Positions 31,367-42,052 of a stretch of DNA of 64,000 bases are shown piece by piece (positions within the stretch are counted from its first letter, which is position 1; each line of letters starts with the position of its first letter). The DNA comes from an uncultured bacterium. Lineage in GTDB: Bacteria; Zixibacteria; MSB-5A5; CAIYYT01. The stretch is from NCBI GenBank assembly GCA_963726455.1, contig CAVSCK010000003.1, positions 109,118-173,117 of the forward strand, given 5' to 3'. Both the position numbers and the translations under genes were made by a program. Below the pieces are notes generated by a model that was given only the letters and a program-made list of their open reading frames with translations, was not told the origin of the DNA and did no database searches.

Positions 31367-31971
31367 TTGTTAATTCCTCTCAGGAAAATATCGACAGCAC
31401 TACGAATGTCTTTCCGACGAGTATCTCTCTTCCCGTGCAAGCATTTTTCAACAATCAGGGCCGCCATTGCCATGAGACTGTGAGCGGCAAATTGAGGATC
31501 AACTTTCTTGAAGAATCCCGCCGAAATCCCGGCTTTGATTCCATCGACCAGGTACTCCTCACAGCATTGATGTCCTCGAAACGTGGCATCACTTACATCC
31601 GGACGTTCGTGCGGATGCTCCAACATCAGGAGCCGCCAATATTTGGGGTTTTCGACGAAAAAGTCAACGTGAAGTTTCAACCCAACCGCAACCGTATCGT
31701 CGAAAGACCTCTGGAGTGTGCAGAGCTGCTGCATCCTCTCTTGTAGTTGATCGAAACCGCGATCGATGACGGCGACAAACAAATGGCGCTTGGATGGAAA
31801 CTGACGATAAATTGTCCCCTTTCCAATCCCGGCTTGGCGAGCAATGTCATCGACGTCGGCGATTTCGTAGCCGTGACGCGCGAATATCTCGAGGGCGGCA
31901 TCCAAAATCATCTCGCGACGTTCTTCGCGCGGGAGGACTTTCCGCTTGTGTAAGTCTTGACGTCTGGTCAT
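31363..31971 (-). CDS. TetR/AcrR family transcriptional regulator
   Basis: An N-terminal HTH (ILDAALEIFARHGYEIADVDDIARQAGIGKGTIYRQFPSK), located upstream of the efflux genes. Confidence 0.85.
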   Translation of the reverse strand: MTRRQDLHKRKVLPREERREMILDAALEIFARHGYEIADVDDIARQAGIGKGTIYRQFPSKRHLFVAVIDRGFDQLQERMQQLCTLQRSFDDTVAVGLKLHVDFFVENPKYWRLLMLEHPHERPDVSDATFRGHQCCEEYLVDGIKAGISAGFFKKVDPQFAAHSLMAMAALIVEKCLHGKRDTRRKDIRSAVDIFLRGINK

Positions 31972-32054
31972 ATATTATTGCATTAGACGGACTGGTCAGT
32001 CCGTTTGTTTCCGATTTTTCGAGACTTCATGGTCTTTTTGTCCCGAATCACGTC

Positions 32055-33065
32055 TTAAGTGGGACAGCCGGTCCCTTTGGACTCACGGACCGTTTCGTCG
32101 CGCAATTTCTTGAATGTTATATGGTTAGTGAATAAGAAGTAAATGCCAAACGCAAAAACCGGGGCAACATCCATGAAGTGAAGAGCGATGCTAAATGCCG
32201 CAGCTTCGGCATGGGGAACATTAAACAACGACAGTGCCCAGATCACGGCAAGTTGGAATGAGCCCAGATTGCCAGGTGAAACCGGAATCAACAACAGAAA
32301 CGAATTAATGATTACGATCACGATTCCCGCCCAGAACGGTACCTTGAGGTCAAATGCTTGAATCAACAGTATCGAAATGGCGATGTGGAAGATCCAGACG
32401 AGAATCGAATAGAAGCCGACACTGACAACACCACGGCTGCTACGCATTGAAGCGATACCATGTGACATTGAAGATGTCCACTTCTCAAGGCGTATGTATA
32501 GCAGGGGAAATCTGCGGCGAATCGTCTTCTTGCCAAAATATGCCAGCCCGCGCTCATATCGCATGAGCAGTATCAGCACCAGCAAAGATGCGCCGACCAC
32601 CATCGCGGCGTAGACTTCCGCTTCCCTAACCCAACTGGGAAAGGCAAACATGAAGGAAGCGACGTAAACGAGCAAGACCAGGGTAATACTGTCGAAGAGC
32701 ACTTCCATGGCGACTGTGGTAAAACAGAAGGTTTTGGACAGCCCTTCCTGCTTTGCCAGCATGACGATGCGTCCGGCCTGCCCGGTCAACACCGGTAGCG
32801 ACAAGTTGATCATTTGCCCGACATGGAAAAGCGCGAAGACGCGTGTCTTCGAGATGACTTTGACATCGCGAATGAGCGCGCGCCAGCGCATACCTTTGGC
32901 CCAATTCATTAGAATCGAGCTGCCGACTGCACCGAGAAAGTAGAGCGGATTGATCCTGGTGAGCGTGCGCCAGAGTTCGTGGACGTCGACTTTGTAGAAG
33001 CTGGCAAAGAGCAGGCCGATAGCCACCAGGACGCCGATAAGCTTTTTCCAGTCGAAGATCTTCAC
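32055..33065 (-). CDS. Integral membrane protein, UPF0104 / lysyl-phosphatidylglycerol-synthase-like TM-domain family (flippase-like)
   Basis: A polytopic membrane protein with the pattern KIFDWKKL...INPLYFLGAVGSSIL..., typical of this family. Confidence 0.55.
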   Translation of the reverse strand: MKIFDWKKLIGVLVAIGLLFASFYKVDVHELWRTLTRINPLYFLGAVGSSILMNWAKGMRWRALIRDVKVISKTRVFALFHVGQMINLSLPVLTGQAGRIVMLAKQEGLSKTFCFTTVAMEVLFDSITLVLLVYVASFMFAFPSWVREAEVYAAMVVGASLLVLILLMRYERGLAYFGKKTIRRRFPLLYIRLEKWTSSMSHGIASMRSSRGVVSVGFYSILVWIFHIAISILLIQAFDLKVPFWAGIVIVIINSFLLLIPVSPGNLGSFQLAVIWALSLFNVPHAEAAAFSIALHFMDVAPVFAFGIYFLFTNHITFKKLRDETVRESKGTGCPT

Positions 33066-33187
33066 TTGCCCAATCTAGTCCGTTTTTTCAAGTGCGGCAA
33101 AACATACTAACCGCCACTGTGACTGTCAACGATTTACTATTTTCGTGGCGGAATATGTCGACCGGAGGGCCGCAGATAGAGGCACAC

Positions 33188-33931
33188 TCAGATTTTTTCG
33201 ACGGCGGAGATCTTAACCCAACCTTTTAGCTTATTTGCGAAAAGACCGAGGTAGTAATCCTGTTTCTGATCGAGGATGTCGAACGTAAGTCCTTCGTGTC
33301 CCTCAAACTGAAGTTCAAAATCGCTGCCGGGGCCCGAGAGGATTTCGGTTTGTTCAACGACAATCACGCCTTCGTCCACGAGATAATTGGATTTCAGAAC
33401 CCAGACCATCACGCCGAACGACAGCAGAGTGACCAGACCGAGTATCACCACCGGTGAATTTCCGATTCGCGCCAGAACTCCGAGGCGCTTGAGAGCGAGA
33501 AAAGCGAGCAACAGCAGGAAGGATACAAATGAGATCAGAAAATATTGATTAGGGTGCAGCGTGGCGAGGCCGTTTTCGACCTTCGTAGAGAACGGGTCAA
33601 CTTGTGTGGCGTCGACTTTATCGACGCAGAATTGTTTGACAAAGGCAAGATTCGTGCGAATATCGCCGTCATCCGGGCTCATCCGTTCGGCACGGCGGAA
33701 GTTGGCGATCGCTTTGCCGATATGTCCGGCCTTGTAGTATGCGCATCCGGCATTGTAGTATACCGGCACGGAAGCGAATCCCTGGTCAATGATCTGCTCG
33801 AATTTCTGCGATGCTCCGGTGAAATCGCCCTGATCATAAAGATGAACACCCTCCTGAAAATCCTCAGTTGCCCCTGCAAACAAAATTGCAGGCAGAAGTA
33901 GAATAACAAACAGCGCCAGCAATTTCTTCAT
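33188..33931 (-). CDS. batE: BatE-like TPR/SH3 protein (aerotolerance operon)
   Basis: A signal peptide (MKKLLALFVILLLPAILFAG), TPR-like repeats and a C-terminal SH3b-like domain. It is the last gene of the Bat locus. Confidence 0.6.
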   Translation of the reverse strand: MKKLLALFVILLLPAILFAGATEDFQEGVHLYDQGDFTGASQKFEQIIDQGFASVPVYYNAGCAYYKAGHIGKAIANFRRAERMSPDDGDIRTNLAFVKQFCVDKVDATQVDPFSTKVENGLATLHPNQYFLISFVSFLLLLAFLALKRLGVLARIGNSPVVILGLVTLLSFGVMVWVLKSNYLVDEGVIVVEQTEILSGPGSDFELQFEGHEGLTFDILDQKQDYYLGLFANKLKGWVKISAVEKI

Positions 33932-35751
33932 CAACGGGTTTTCTCCAACTCCACGATCAGCTTTTTCGCCTCTTCCCATAACTGCGTCATCTGGCCCTTT
34001 TCCTTGCCGCCCGGGGCAAAGCGCCCAAAATCGCACTGCTGCAACAGATCGACAAGCTGGGCAATCAAGGCGTCACTCTGCTTGCCGGCCGCAAATTCCT
34101 TGATTTTGTCGAGGGTCAGACCGTACGCGGGGAGATTATATCTATCGGCGAAATAGTCGATCAACGAATGACTTATCTCGGCATAATAGGCGTCAGGGTC
34201 GCCGCCTTCGATAAGAGCTTTGGCCTTGGCAAGCCGGGTTTCGGCCATTTTGCGTGCCTGGCGCAGGCGGCGGAAACCGACGTCACTCTGCAAACGCTCT
34301 TTGTGGCGCTGACGCGTCAGAACGACGACGTAGCCGATCACCGGTAGCAGGTACATTGCGAGCAAGAACAGCGGACTCGCAGAGATGGGCTCCGCCCGGC
34401 GCGAACGCAACTCGCCGATGTCCGATTTCAAGTAGCGAATATCCTTGGCGGCGAGATCGATGCGGTTCGTCTGCAAATTCTGAACCTGGGATGCGAAGCG
34501 ATCCTTGGATGGCGCCACCTCGATCTGAATCGGATCAGAAGCCAACGTCTTGTATGTCCGCGCTTGCGGATCAAAGAAGGAAAAATTCAAAGCCGGAAGC
34601 TGATAGTTGCCGGCGCGTTTCGGAATAAACGCCTGATCGAAGGTCTTGGTGCCGCCGACCTGATAATTCACTTTTTCGATCTTCTCGTTGTCGCCGGCTT
34701 GATAGGTGCGGAAATCAGGCAGTTCCGGAACCTTGGGTATATCGACGCTCTTGATGTTACCGATACCGGTGACCTTGATATGCATAGTTACCGGCTCGTT
34801 CACTTCGATCTTGTTTTTGTCAACTGTGACGGACATCTGATATTGCCCCACCGCTCCTCCGAAGTCGGCCGGCTTTCCTATCTCCGGCAATGGCAAGGTG
34901 ATGATTTTGATCGGGTCGGAAGACAGCGTCAGGCGTTTGCCGCCGCCGAAGAAATTAGGCCAATTGCGATCGAATACGGAGAATGGGTCCCTGGAACTTC
35001 CGTCGTCGACGACCACTCCCATCTGAGAGGCGCCAATCGTCTGCGTCCCGGGAGATGTAGGAAACATCGCGGTCTTGGATTCCATGATGTTGTAATCTTT
35101 GCCGCCATAGGTCTCCTGACCGGTCCGCCACTGTCCAAGGTCTTCCGACCAAAATCCGGTGCGTTGCGGCGCCTGATAGTCGGGGTTGTTGAGCAACTGC
35201 ACGCGCCAGTACAACTTCATCGAGAGCGTGACCTGCTGATTGACATAGACGGTGTCTTTGTCGACTGTCGCGCGGAGCAGCAAGTCATCTTCGCTAAGCG
35301 CTCCCCGCTGGCGACTTGGCTGACGGCTGCGGTTTTGCGGCGCCTGGCGTGACTGCGGTGGCATCGCCACCGGATTGACGGTCACGGAGATTTGCTGCGT
35401 CTTGTAATTGACGCCTCCGATTGCCAGCGCAAACGGCGGAATCATGAGACGGCCAGTGCGCGAGGGAACGAGCGTAAAGTTGTATTGCTTTGACTGCGTC
35501 GTCTTGCCGTTGATCCAGGCAACACTCGACGACGTTCCAGAAGTGTATACCTGCCAATCGGGAAGCTGACTGATGTCCAGGGCAGGAATCTTCGATGCCT
35601 CGCCCTTAATCTCAATCGTGAGTTGGACCGTCTCACCCTCGGAAATTTCATTGCGATCGACATACGCATTGACCGTGGTCTGAGCCAGGGAGGGCAATGA
35701 CATTCCCAACACCAGGAGCGCCCCCAGAATCATCACAGCCAAATTTTTCAT
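33931..35751 (-). CDS. batD: BatD-like oxygen-tolerance protein
   Basis: About 606 aa, with a signal peptide, BatD N-terminal domain, TM segment and C-terminal helical region. Confidence 0.7.
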   Translation of the reverse strand: MKNLAVMILGALLVLGMSLPSLAQTTVNAYVDRNEISEGETVQLTIEIKGEASKIPALDISQLPDWQVYTSGTSSSVAWINGKTTQSKQYNFTLVPSRTGRLMIPPFALAIGGVNYKTQQISVTVNPVAMPPQSRQAPQNRSRQPSRQRGALSEDDLLLRATVDKDTVYVNQQVTLSMKLYWRVQLLNNPDYQAPQRTGFWSEDLGQWRTGQETYGGKDYNIMESKTAMFPTSPGTQTIGASQMGVVVDDGSSRDPFSVFDRNWPNFFGGGKRLTLSSDPIKIITLPLPEIGKPADFGGAVGQYQMSVTVDKNKIEVNEPVTMHIKVTGIGNIKSVDIPKVPELPDFRTYQAGDNEKIEKVNYQVGGTKTFDQAFIPKRAGNYQLPALNFSFFDPQARTYKTLASDPIQIEVAPSKDRFASQVQNLQTNRIDLAAKDIRYLKSDIGELRSRRAEPISASPLFLLAMYLLPVIGYVVVLTRQRHKERLQSDVGFRRLRQARKMAETRLAKAKALIEGGDPDAYYAEISHSLIDYFADRYNLPAYGLTLDKIKEFAAGKQSDALIAQLVDLLQQCDFGRFAPGGKEKGQMTQLWEEAKKLIVELEKTR

Positions 35752-35759
35752 GATCGCGT

Positions 35760-36719
35760 CTACCAATCCTTGTCAGTCCGCGGTTGAGTGCCAAACTGAA
35801 CTTTATAGCGCCCCATTTGTTTCTGCAAATTCTTTTCGTCGCCGGAAAGTGAATTCAGAATCCGATCGGCGTCCTGCTTACTCATTTTCTGCTGCTGGCC
35901 TTTGGCGCGCTGCTGTTGTTGTTGCTGTTGCTGATCCTGGCCGCCATTTTGTTGATCCTGTTGTTCCTGCTGTTGTTGATCCTCGCCCTGCTGCTCCTGC
36001 TGTTGATTCTGCTGGTCTTGCTTATCTTGATTGCCTTGCTGTCCCTGCTGCTGTTGTTCCTGCTGTTGCTGCTGTTGTTGCTGATCTTGTTGCTGCTGCT
36101 GAGACTGCTGATCTTGTTGATTCTGCTGCTGTTGTTGCTGCTGCTGTTGCTGATCCTGATTCTGCTGGTCTTGCTGCTGTTGTTCTTGTTTGTCCTGCTG
36201 TTGCTGCTGCTTCTGGTCCTGCTGTTGATTCTTTTGTTGCGCCTGTTCTTTCAGCTTAACACGCGCCAGCTCGAGATTGTACTTGGCGTCGGCATCGTCA
36301 GCATTGATTTCGAGACACTTCTTGTATGAGTTGATTGCCTCCGCATACTTCTTCGCGCGGAAAAGAGCGTTGCCGGAATTATAATACGCATCGGCTTGAA
36401 ACTGGGGATCCGTATTGTTCAACGCCCGCAGATAGCGCTGGGCAGCTTCCGGGTATTTGCTCTGATTGAAAAGCACAGAGCCAATGTCGTAATCGAGCAC
36501 AGGCTGCTGAGGTTTCTCAACTTCAGCATCGCGGTAGGATTTCAACGCATCATCCATCTTGCCGTCGGTGAAGGCCTTGTTTCCTTGCGTAGTCAGTTTG
36601 CGATAATCAGCGCGGGCACTCGAAGTCGATATCACCATAAGTGCAGCCGCAAGCACTAATGCGAGGCAGGACGTGAATCTACCCGGTGCGGGTTCGTGAC
36701 AAGGTTCAGACTGTTTCAT
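35760..36719 (-). CDS. batC: BatC-like TPR protein with an extreme Gln/Asp-rich low-complexity tract
   Basis: TPR repeats (YYNSGNALFRAKKYAEAINSYKKCLEINADDADAKYNLE) followed by roughly 110 residues of (Q/D/E)n. Confidence 0.7.
   Translation of the reverse strand: MKQSEPCHEPAPGRFTSCLALVLAAALMVISTSSARADYRKLTTQGNKAFTDGKMDDALKSYRDAEVEKPQQPVLDYDIGSVLFNQSKYPEAAQRYLRALNNTDPQFQADAYYNSGNALFRAKKYAEAINSYKKCLEINADDADAKYNLELARVKLKEQAQQKNQQQDQKQQQQQDKQEQQQQDQQNQDQQQQQQQQQQNQQDQQSQQQQQDQQQQQQQQEQQQQGQQGNQDKQDQQNQQQEQQGEDQQQQEQQDQQNGGQDQQQQQQQQRAKGQQQKMSKQDADRILNSLSGDEKNLQKQMGRYKVQFGTQPRTDKDW
35916..36250 (-). repeat. Imperfect CTG/TTG (CAG/CAA in coding sense) trinucleotide-type repeat tract of about 330 bp, encoding the poly-Q region of BatC
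   Basis: Visible as ctgctgttgttgctgctg... on the plus strand. The antisense ORF is poly-Leu. Confidence 0.8.
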
Positions 36720-37740
36720 CGGAATTCGACTCCTTGCGGCGCGATCTTCTTTCCGAGATCAATACCTCAGCACCCAAAAATATTACGGCAAAAGGAAGCA
36801 AGTATTGATAGCGATCTTCATACTGCGTCATCATCATACCCTTCTGTTCCTTCTTATCCATCGAGTTGATGTCTTCGTAGATCTGGTCAAGCGCGATTTC
36901 GCCCGCAGACGCGTGATAGTATCGGCCATCCGTTTCCGCGGCAATGTCCTGCAGCGACTGTTCATCCAGACGCGTCAGCACGAGTTCTCCGCGTTCGTCT
37001 TTCTTGTAGCCGATCATGTCGCCGCGGTCGTTGCGGAGCGGGATCGGTTCACCCTCCGGCCTGCCGATACCGATGGTATAAATCTTGACTCCCTGAATCT
37101 TGGCGTCTCTGACAGCGCTCTTGATGTTGCCGCCGAAGTCCTCGCCGTCCGTAATGATGATCATGACCTTATTCTTGCGTTCCTTCTGATCGAAATTGCC
37201 GGTCGCTGTCTGGACAGCCGAACCGATGTTCGTTCCGGGAGCCGGAATCAGATCGACATCCAGCACATCGACAAACATCTGTGCCGCCGAATAATCGAGA
37301 GTCAGAGGACACTCGGTGAAAGCGGCTCCGGAGAATGCGACCAGCCCGACGCGATCCCCCTTCATGCGCGAAATCAATCCGCGCACCTCCTGCTTGGCTT
37401 TTTCCAACCGGTTGGGTTTCATATCCTCGGCCAACATTGACTTGGAGCAGTCCACGACAATCATGACGTCCTGCCCTTCCCTCTTGAGCATGACCATGTG
37501 TGTCCCATACTGCGGCCGTCCCAGCGCCAGTACCAGAAATATCAGCGCGAGAAACAGCAGAACGAATTTATAGCGCCGCTTGATCGGCGAAAAATTGGCG
37601 GTCAATCCAGCGATGAGCCGTTTGTCGGCAAACAACTCCAGCAGCCGTCGCTTCTTGCGCGCGCTCCAGAGAAAGAAGAGCCCCACGAGCGCGATTGCCA
37701 AAAGCCCGAAATAGAGATTTTCCGGAGTGGCGAATCTCAT
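36706..37740 (-). CDS. batB: BatB-like von Willebrand factor A domain membrane protein
   Basis: Two N-terminal TM segments, then a vWA MIDAS motif (VVDCSKSMLAEDM). Confidence 0.8.
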   Translation of the reverse strand: MRFATPENLYFGLLAIALVGLFFLWSARKKRRLLELFADKRLIAGLTANFSPIKRRYKFVLLFLALIFLVLALGRPQYGTHMVMLKREGQDVMIVVDCSKSMLAEDMKPNRLEKAKQEVRGLISRMKGDRVGLVAFSGAAFTECPLTLDYSAAQMFVDVLDVDLIPAPGTNIGSAVQTATGNFDQKERKNKVMIIITDGEDFGGNIKSAVRDAKIQGVKIYTIGIGRPEGEPIPLRNDRGDMIGYKKDERGELVLTRLDEQSLQDIAAETDGRYYHASAGEIALDQIYEDINSMDKKEQKGMMMTQYEDRYQYLLPFAVIFLGAEVLISERRSRRKESNSDETV

Positions 37741-37785
37741 TATGTCTCCTCAATCATTGTACACCCGAAACATCCCGATTATTCC

Positions 37786-38772
37786 TTACGGCAAACGCCG
37801 CCAAACGGTTTCCCTCAACAGCAATTCCAGCAGCAATCCCAAAGCGCCAATCATCAATAGATAGGGGAAGAATTCGTTGTATTGCAGATACTCTTTTACC
37901 TTGATTTTGGTCTTCTCCAAATCGGATATCTGGTCATAGATATTCTTCAGCATGTCCGCTGATTTGGCGCGGAAATATTTGCCGCCGGTGATATCAGCAA
38001 TCTGCTTAAGTTGGTTTTCATCCAGTTCATTATTAATGAAGATATAGCGCTTGCCAAAGATCGGATCTTCGATGGGATACGGCGCCTGTCCGAGCTTTCC
38101 TACGCCTACTGTATAGACGCGTATTCCCAGCGCCTTGGCGATGTCGGCTGCCGTTTGCGGATCGATTTCGCCGGCGTTGTTGATGCCGTCGGTCAGCAGA
38201 ATGATGATGCGGGATTTTGCCTTGGAATCGCGCAGGCGATTTACAGCATTGGCGATGCCCATACCGATAGCCGTACCGTCTTCAACCATCCCGAAATCGA
38301 CTTGATCGACGAATGTAAGCAATACACCATAGTCAAGCGTGAGCGGACACTGCGTAAATGCCTGCCGCGCGAAAACGACCAGCCCAATGCGGTCGTTCTG
38401 CCTGCCCTTGACGAAGTCCTTGATAACTTCTTTGGCGACGAAAAGGCGATTTTGCGGTTTGAAATCCTCGGACTTCATACTAGTCGAGATATCAAGCGCC
38501 AGCATGATGTCGATTCCCTCGGAGGTGACTTCCGTAGTCTTTTTGCCTGACTGTGGCCGCGCCAGTGCCAATATGAAGAATGACAGCGCCAACAACCGCA
38601 AGATCGGCAGGATTCGGCGGCGCTTGGCACGCGGAGATGCCTGTGCGCCACGCAGCAACGTGATGTCAGAGAATTTGATCGCAGCTTCCCGCCTTCTGCG
38701 AAACGCGAAGAAGCCGAGCACCGGTATCAGCAGCAACAGCCAGAGATAGATCGGACTGGCAAACTGAAACAT
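37786..38772 (-). CDS. batA: BatA-like von Willebrand factor A domain membrane protein
   Basis: N-terminal TM segments, then a vWA MIDAS motif (LALDISTSMKSEDF). Confidence 0.8.
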   Translation of the reverse strand: MFQFASPIYLWLLLLIPVLGFFAFRRRREAAIKFSDITLLRGAQASPRAKRRRILPILRLLALSFFILALARPQSGKKTTEVTSEGIDIMLALDISTSMKSEDFKPQNRLFVAKEVIKDFVKGRQNDRIGLVVFARQAFTQCPLTLDYGVLLTFVDQVDFGMVEDGTAIGMGIANAVNRLRDSKAKSRIIILLTDGINNAGEIDPQTAADIAKALGIRVYTVGVGKLGQAPYPIEDPIFGKRYIFINNELDENQLKQIADITGGKYFRAKSADMLKNIYDQISDLEKTKIKVKEYLQYNEFFPYLLMIGALGLLLELLLRETVWRRLP

Positions 38773-39726
38773 CTACTCGGTCTCCTTGGTCGTTGCAAAC
38801 GGCAGTGAACGAGTTTGCATGACAAATTCCTTGGCGGTGATAAAGTCAGTCTCGATGTCGTCGGTTGTCGGGTGATATTTGGCGAACTTGACAATATCGC
38901 ATTCTTCAAGGAAATCGTGAATAATGTGTTCTTCCTGGCTGTCCAACGATAACTTGCGGAATTCGAGGATAATTTCGAACGTCGTGCGTTCCAGCGCGGA
39001 GATGCCGTAGCGGCGCTCCAGATAGCGGCGGAAGATGTCAGACAACTGCAAATAGAATAACTTGTATTCACCGCGAGCGATCAGGTCAGACTCTTTGAGT
39101 TTGGCCAATTCCTCCAGCGCGATTTCCCATGGCAGGCGCAGGTCGGCGACCGAAGTAGTCAGGTCAATCGGCTTCCTGGCCCGTCGGTACAGCCAGAAGA
39201 ACACGGCGCCGCCGATTAATAGCGCCGCTCCCAGGATCACCCACAGGGTCGGAAATTCACGCGGGAAAGTCTTTTGGGGCTTCAGCGGTTTTATATCCGC
39301 GCCTTCCTCTCCGGTCAACAGCGAATTGACCTTGATCGGCAGCGGATCGGTGGCGATGGACTTGACCTCGCCCGACGGCGTGCGATAGTGAATGGTGATC
39401 GGCGGTATTTGATAATCTCCGGTCGTGAAGGTCGTGATGACAAACCCTTCGGTAGTAGTGCGCACTCCGCTCTTGACGTTGACCTGCCGCGGCTTGTAGT
39501 CTTTCACCTCGAACGCGCCCAGGTTCGTGCCTACTGTCAGTGAATCGACTGCCAGCGAAGTATCGGAGGTAATTGTGACGGTATAGAGTATCCTGTCACC
39601 AATCGTAATAGTCTGTTTATCGATGTTCGACGACACGCTGATCTTGTCTTGCGCGAACAAAGCGGAACTGAGAAACAGCAACCACAAAATCGTCAGTAAT
39701 CTAAAGCGGCTCACGGTTCCTCTCAT
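38773..39726 (-). CDS. Short BatD-like / DUF4381-like membrane protein. It is a paralog of the protein at 43087..43998.
   Basis: It has a signal peptide, a BatD-N-like beta domain, one TM segment and a cytoplasmic helical tail (...ERRYGISALERTTFEIILEF...CDIVKFAKY). The tail aligns with the protein at 43087..43998 (...ERKYDARLSGFTSADLLRWL...CESVKFSSG). Confidence 0.55.
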   Translation of the reverse strand: MRGTVSRFRLLTILWLLFLSSALFAQDKISVSSNIDKQTITIGDRILYTVTITSDTSLAVDSLTVGTNLGAFEVKDYKPRQVNVKSGVRTTTEGFVITTFTTGDYQIPPITIHYRTPSGEVKSIATDPLPIKVNSLLTGEEGADIKPLKPQKTFPREFPTLWVILGAALLIGGAVFFWLYRRARKPIDLTTSVADLRLPWEIALEELAKLKESDLIARGEYKLFYLQLSDIFRRYLERRYGISALERTTFEIILEFRKLSLDSQEEHIIHDFLEECDIVKFAKYHPTTDDIETDFITAKEFVMQTRSLPFATTKETE

Positions 39727-41171
39727 ATAACTGCGTATCCCCAATCGTAGACGCGAGATGATAATTACTGTCGAGTGTGCCTTGCCACTCGGGATAGACT
39801 TTGTAGTCAACCAATACCAGTTTTGGTCGTTGTTGTTGCAGGGCGCTGACTATGTCGCTGTTCGTTAACAGATGGTTTTCTGAGTAGCACGATTTGTCGA
39901 TCTTCAACGGAAAGTAGAAACCAACATGCTCGGAACCGCGCAACTGCGGGCGATCTGACAATGCCGGGTAACCGGCCCATTCCGACAACAACGTGTCCTG
40001 AATTGATGTTCGAGTTTCGATTTCGCCAACGACATCGCGCAAGTGGGTCAACGTAAAGCGTTCATCTCTGGGACGCGGCGCTACGATGAACAGGTAGACA
40101 AACGGCAGCATTCCAACGGCATATAATAACCCCGCCGAACGCCGCAGCGGTTTCAGACCGGGAGTACGCACGATGAACACAAAGACCGGAAGTGCCGCGA
40201 TAATCAGATACGGAACTGCTTCCTGAAAATATTGAAGCAGTACCGGCGTGGGTATCAGGTATATCAAACTGATGAGTGCCGCGAAGAGAAGTGATCTGCG
40301 ATAGATCGAGCTAAGCTCCACCAACCGATGCTTCAACAAATACCAACTGCCGAGCAGCGCTCCCAAGAGCAGAATCGTTTGCGGAAGTGCGAGAAATGTG
40401 CCAAACACTTTCACCTTGTGAAGGATCAGCGCCGAGAAGGGCGTGATCGGCTGACGGTATAGATGAAATACCAGATTGCTGAACAGAAACTGCGACGGCG
40501 CCTGAAGAAACAACACCAGCGATGGGATCGTCGGAATCGCCACACCGGCCGCGATGAACGCCAGCGCCCGCGACAGTGGAACACCTTTCTGATTCGACGC
40601 GCGAAGGAGAAAGTAGAGATACACCGGCATAAGCAGGAGAAAGATCGACCGGAAATTGATCGCGGTGGACAAGAACATAGCCGACAAAAACAGGTTTCGG
40701 TCAGATCTTGTCATTCGAGTTTTCCACTCGCAATAAGAACATAAACGCAAGCAGCAGGAACAGGTCGACAAACGCATACGGCTTGAACACCGAATGCCAG
40801 GCGAGGATCATTCCGTTGGCCGCTATCAGCACCGCTGCAATCAAAGCAGCATTGTCATCCCGCGTACTCTCCCTGACTGTGCGGAATGCAAACAAGGTCA
40901 GCAATAAGCCGGCTACGAGAGATAGTATTCGTAACAGAAGCAGTGAAGTGATACCCCAGCCGGAAATCATGGCTGACAGAAGCGGCAGTAACGGCGCCTG
41001 CGGATAGAAGAAATCCTTGTAGAGAGTCATGCCGTCGGCGACGCGTTGGGCTGCCGCCAAATAGAAGCCCTCGTCGCCGTCCGCCAACCGGAAAAAGACA
41101 AAGACAGACGACAGTGCCGCCTGACTGATCAACACCAGAAACAGCAACTTCTGTGTTCGACCCAGTGTCAC
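39701..41171 (-). pseudogene. ArnT/PMT-like (GT39/GT83-type) polytopic membrane glycosyltransferase. It appears split by a frameshift near positions 40700-40740 into ORFs 40701..41171 and 39701..40777.
   Basis: The N-terminal ORF carries ...RLADGDEGFYLAAAQRVADGMTLYKDFFYPQAPLL..., resembling the ArnT/PMT N-terminal region. The downstream ORF is highly hydrophobic. Both overlap in different frames. Confidence 0.5.
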
Positions 41172-42049
41172 CGGCGGTACCTCCGCTCGCGCTGCTTGAA
41201 GAAGGCCGACAACGGGAAGATGTAATCCTGGCCGGTGGTAAGCTGGATATAGTCGAGATTCATGCGGCGAAAGGCCCGCTCCAGTTGGTCGTTCAATTCC
41301 ACGGCGCGATTCGAAAATTCTTTGCGAAATAGCAGATCGGCAGTATCCACGGTGATGATCTCGCCGGTTTCAGCATCTTCAAAGTCGATCATGCCGAAGT
41401 TTTCCAGCTTCGATTCGCGCGGATCGGATATTCTAATAGCAATCAGGTCGTGCCGGCGGTTGGCGATCATCAGGTCACTGGCATAGCCGGAACTGAGAAA
41501 GTCGCTGATGAGAAAGACAACTGACTTGCGCTTGATGACGCGATTCAAGTATTCGAGCGCCGCACCGATGTTGGTCGATCGGCCGGTGGGCTTGAAATAG
41601 AGAATTTCGCGAATCAGCCGCAAGACATGCGCTCTTCCTTTGCGCGGCGCAATGAACTTCTCCACCTCATCGGTGAAGATGATCATGCCCACCTTGTCGT
41701 TGTTATTCGTCGCCGAGAAAGCCAGCAGTCCGCAGATTTCGGCGGCCATTTCTTCCTTCAATTGTGTCCTGGTGCCAAATTGTCCCGACGAGGATGCATC
41801 AACGAGCAGCATCACGGACAGCTCTCGCTCTTCGCGAAACTTCTTGACGAACGGCATGCCGGTTCGGGCGGTGACGTTCCAGTCAATCAGGCGGACGTCA
41901 TCCCCCGGCTGGTACTCGCGCACTTCCTCGAATTCCATGCCGCGTCCGCGGAAGCTGGAGTGATATTCGCCGGCGAAAACGTCGTTGACAAGTTTTCGGG
42001 TCGTTATTTCGATGCGGCGGATTTTCTTGATGATATCTTTAGGAAGCAC
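41168..42049 (-). CDS. DUF58 domain protein (vWA-like), the usual partner of MoxR ATPases
   Basis: EFEEVREYQPGDDVRLIDWNVTARTGMPFVKKF and LLVDASSSGQF, typical of DUF58. Confidence 0.8.
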   Translation of the reverse strand: MLPKDIIKKIRRIEITTRKLVNDVFAGEYHSSFRGRGMEFEEVREYQPGDDVRLIDWNVTARTGMPFVKKFREERELSVMLLVDASSSGQFGTRTQLKEEMAAEICGLLAFSATNNNDKVGMIIFTDEVEKFIAPRKGRAHVLRLIREILYFKPTGRSTNIGAALEYLNRVIKRKSVVFLISDFLSSGYASDLMIANRRHDLIAIRISDPRESKLENFGMIDFEDAETGEIITVDTADLLFRKEFSNRAVELNDQLERAFRRMNLDYIQLTTGQDYIFPLSAFFKQRERRYRR

Positions 42050-42052
42050 CGC

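Noticed and set aside
35916-36329. A poly-leucine 137-aa ORF on the plus strand
   Set aside because: This is the antisense reading of the BatC CAG/CAA repeat. It is pure low complexity and not a gene.
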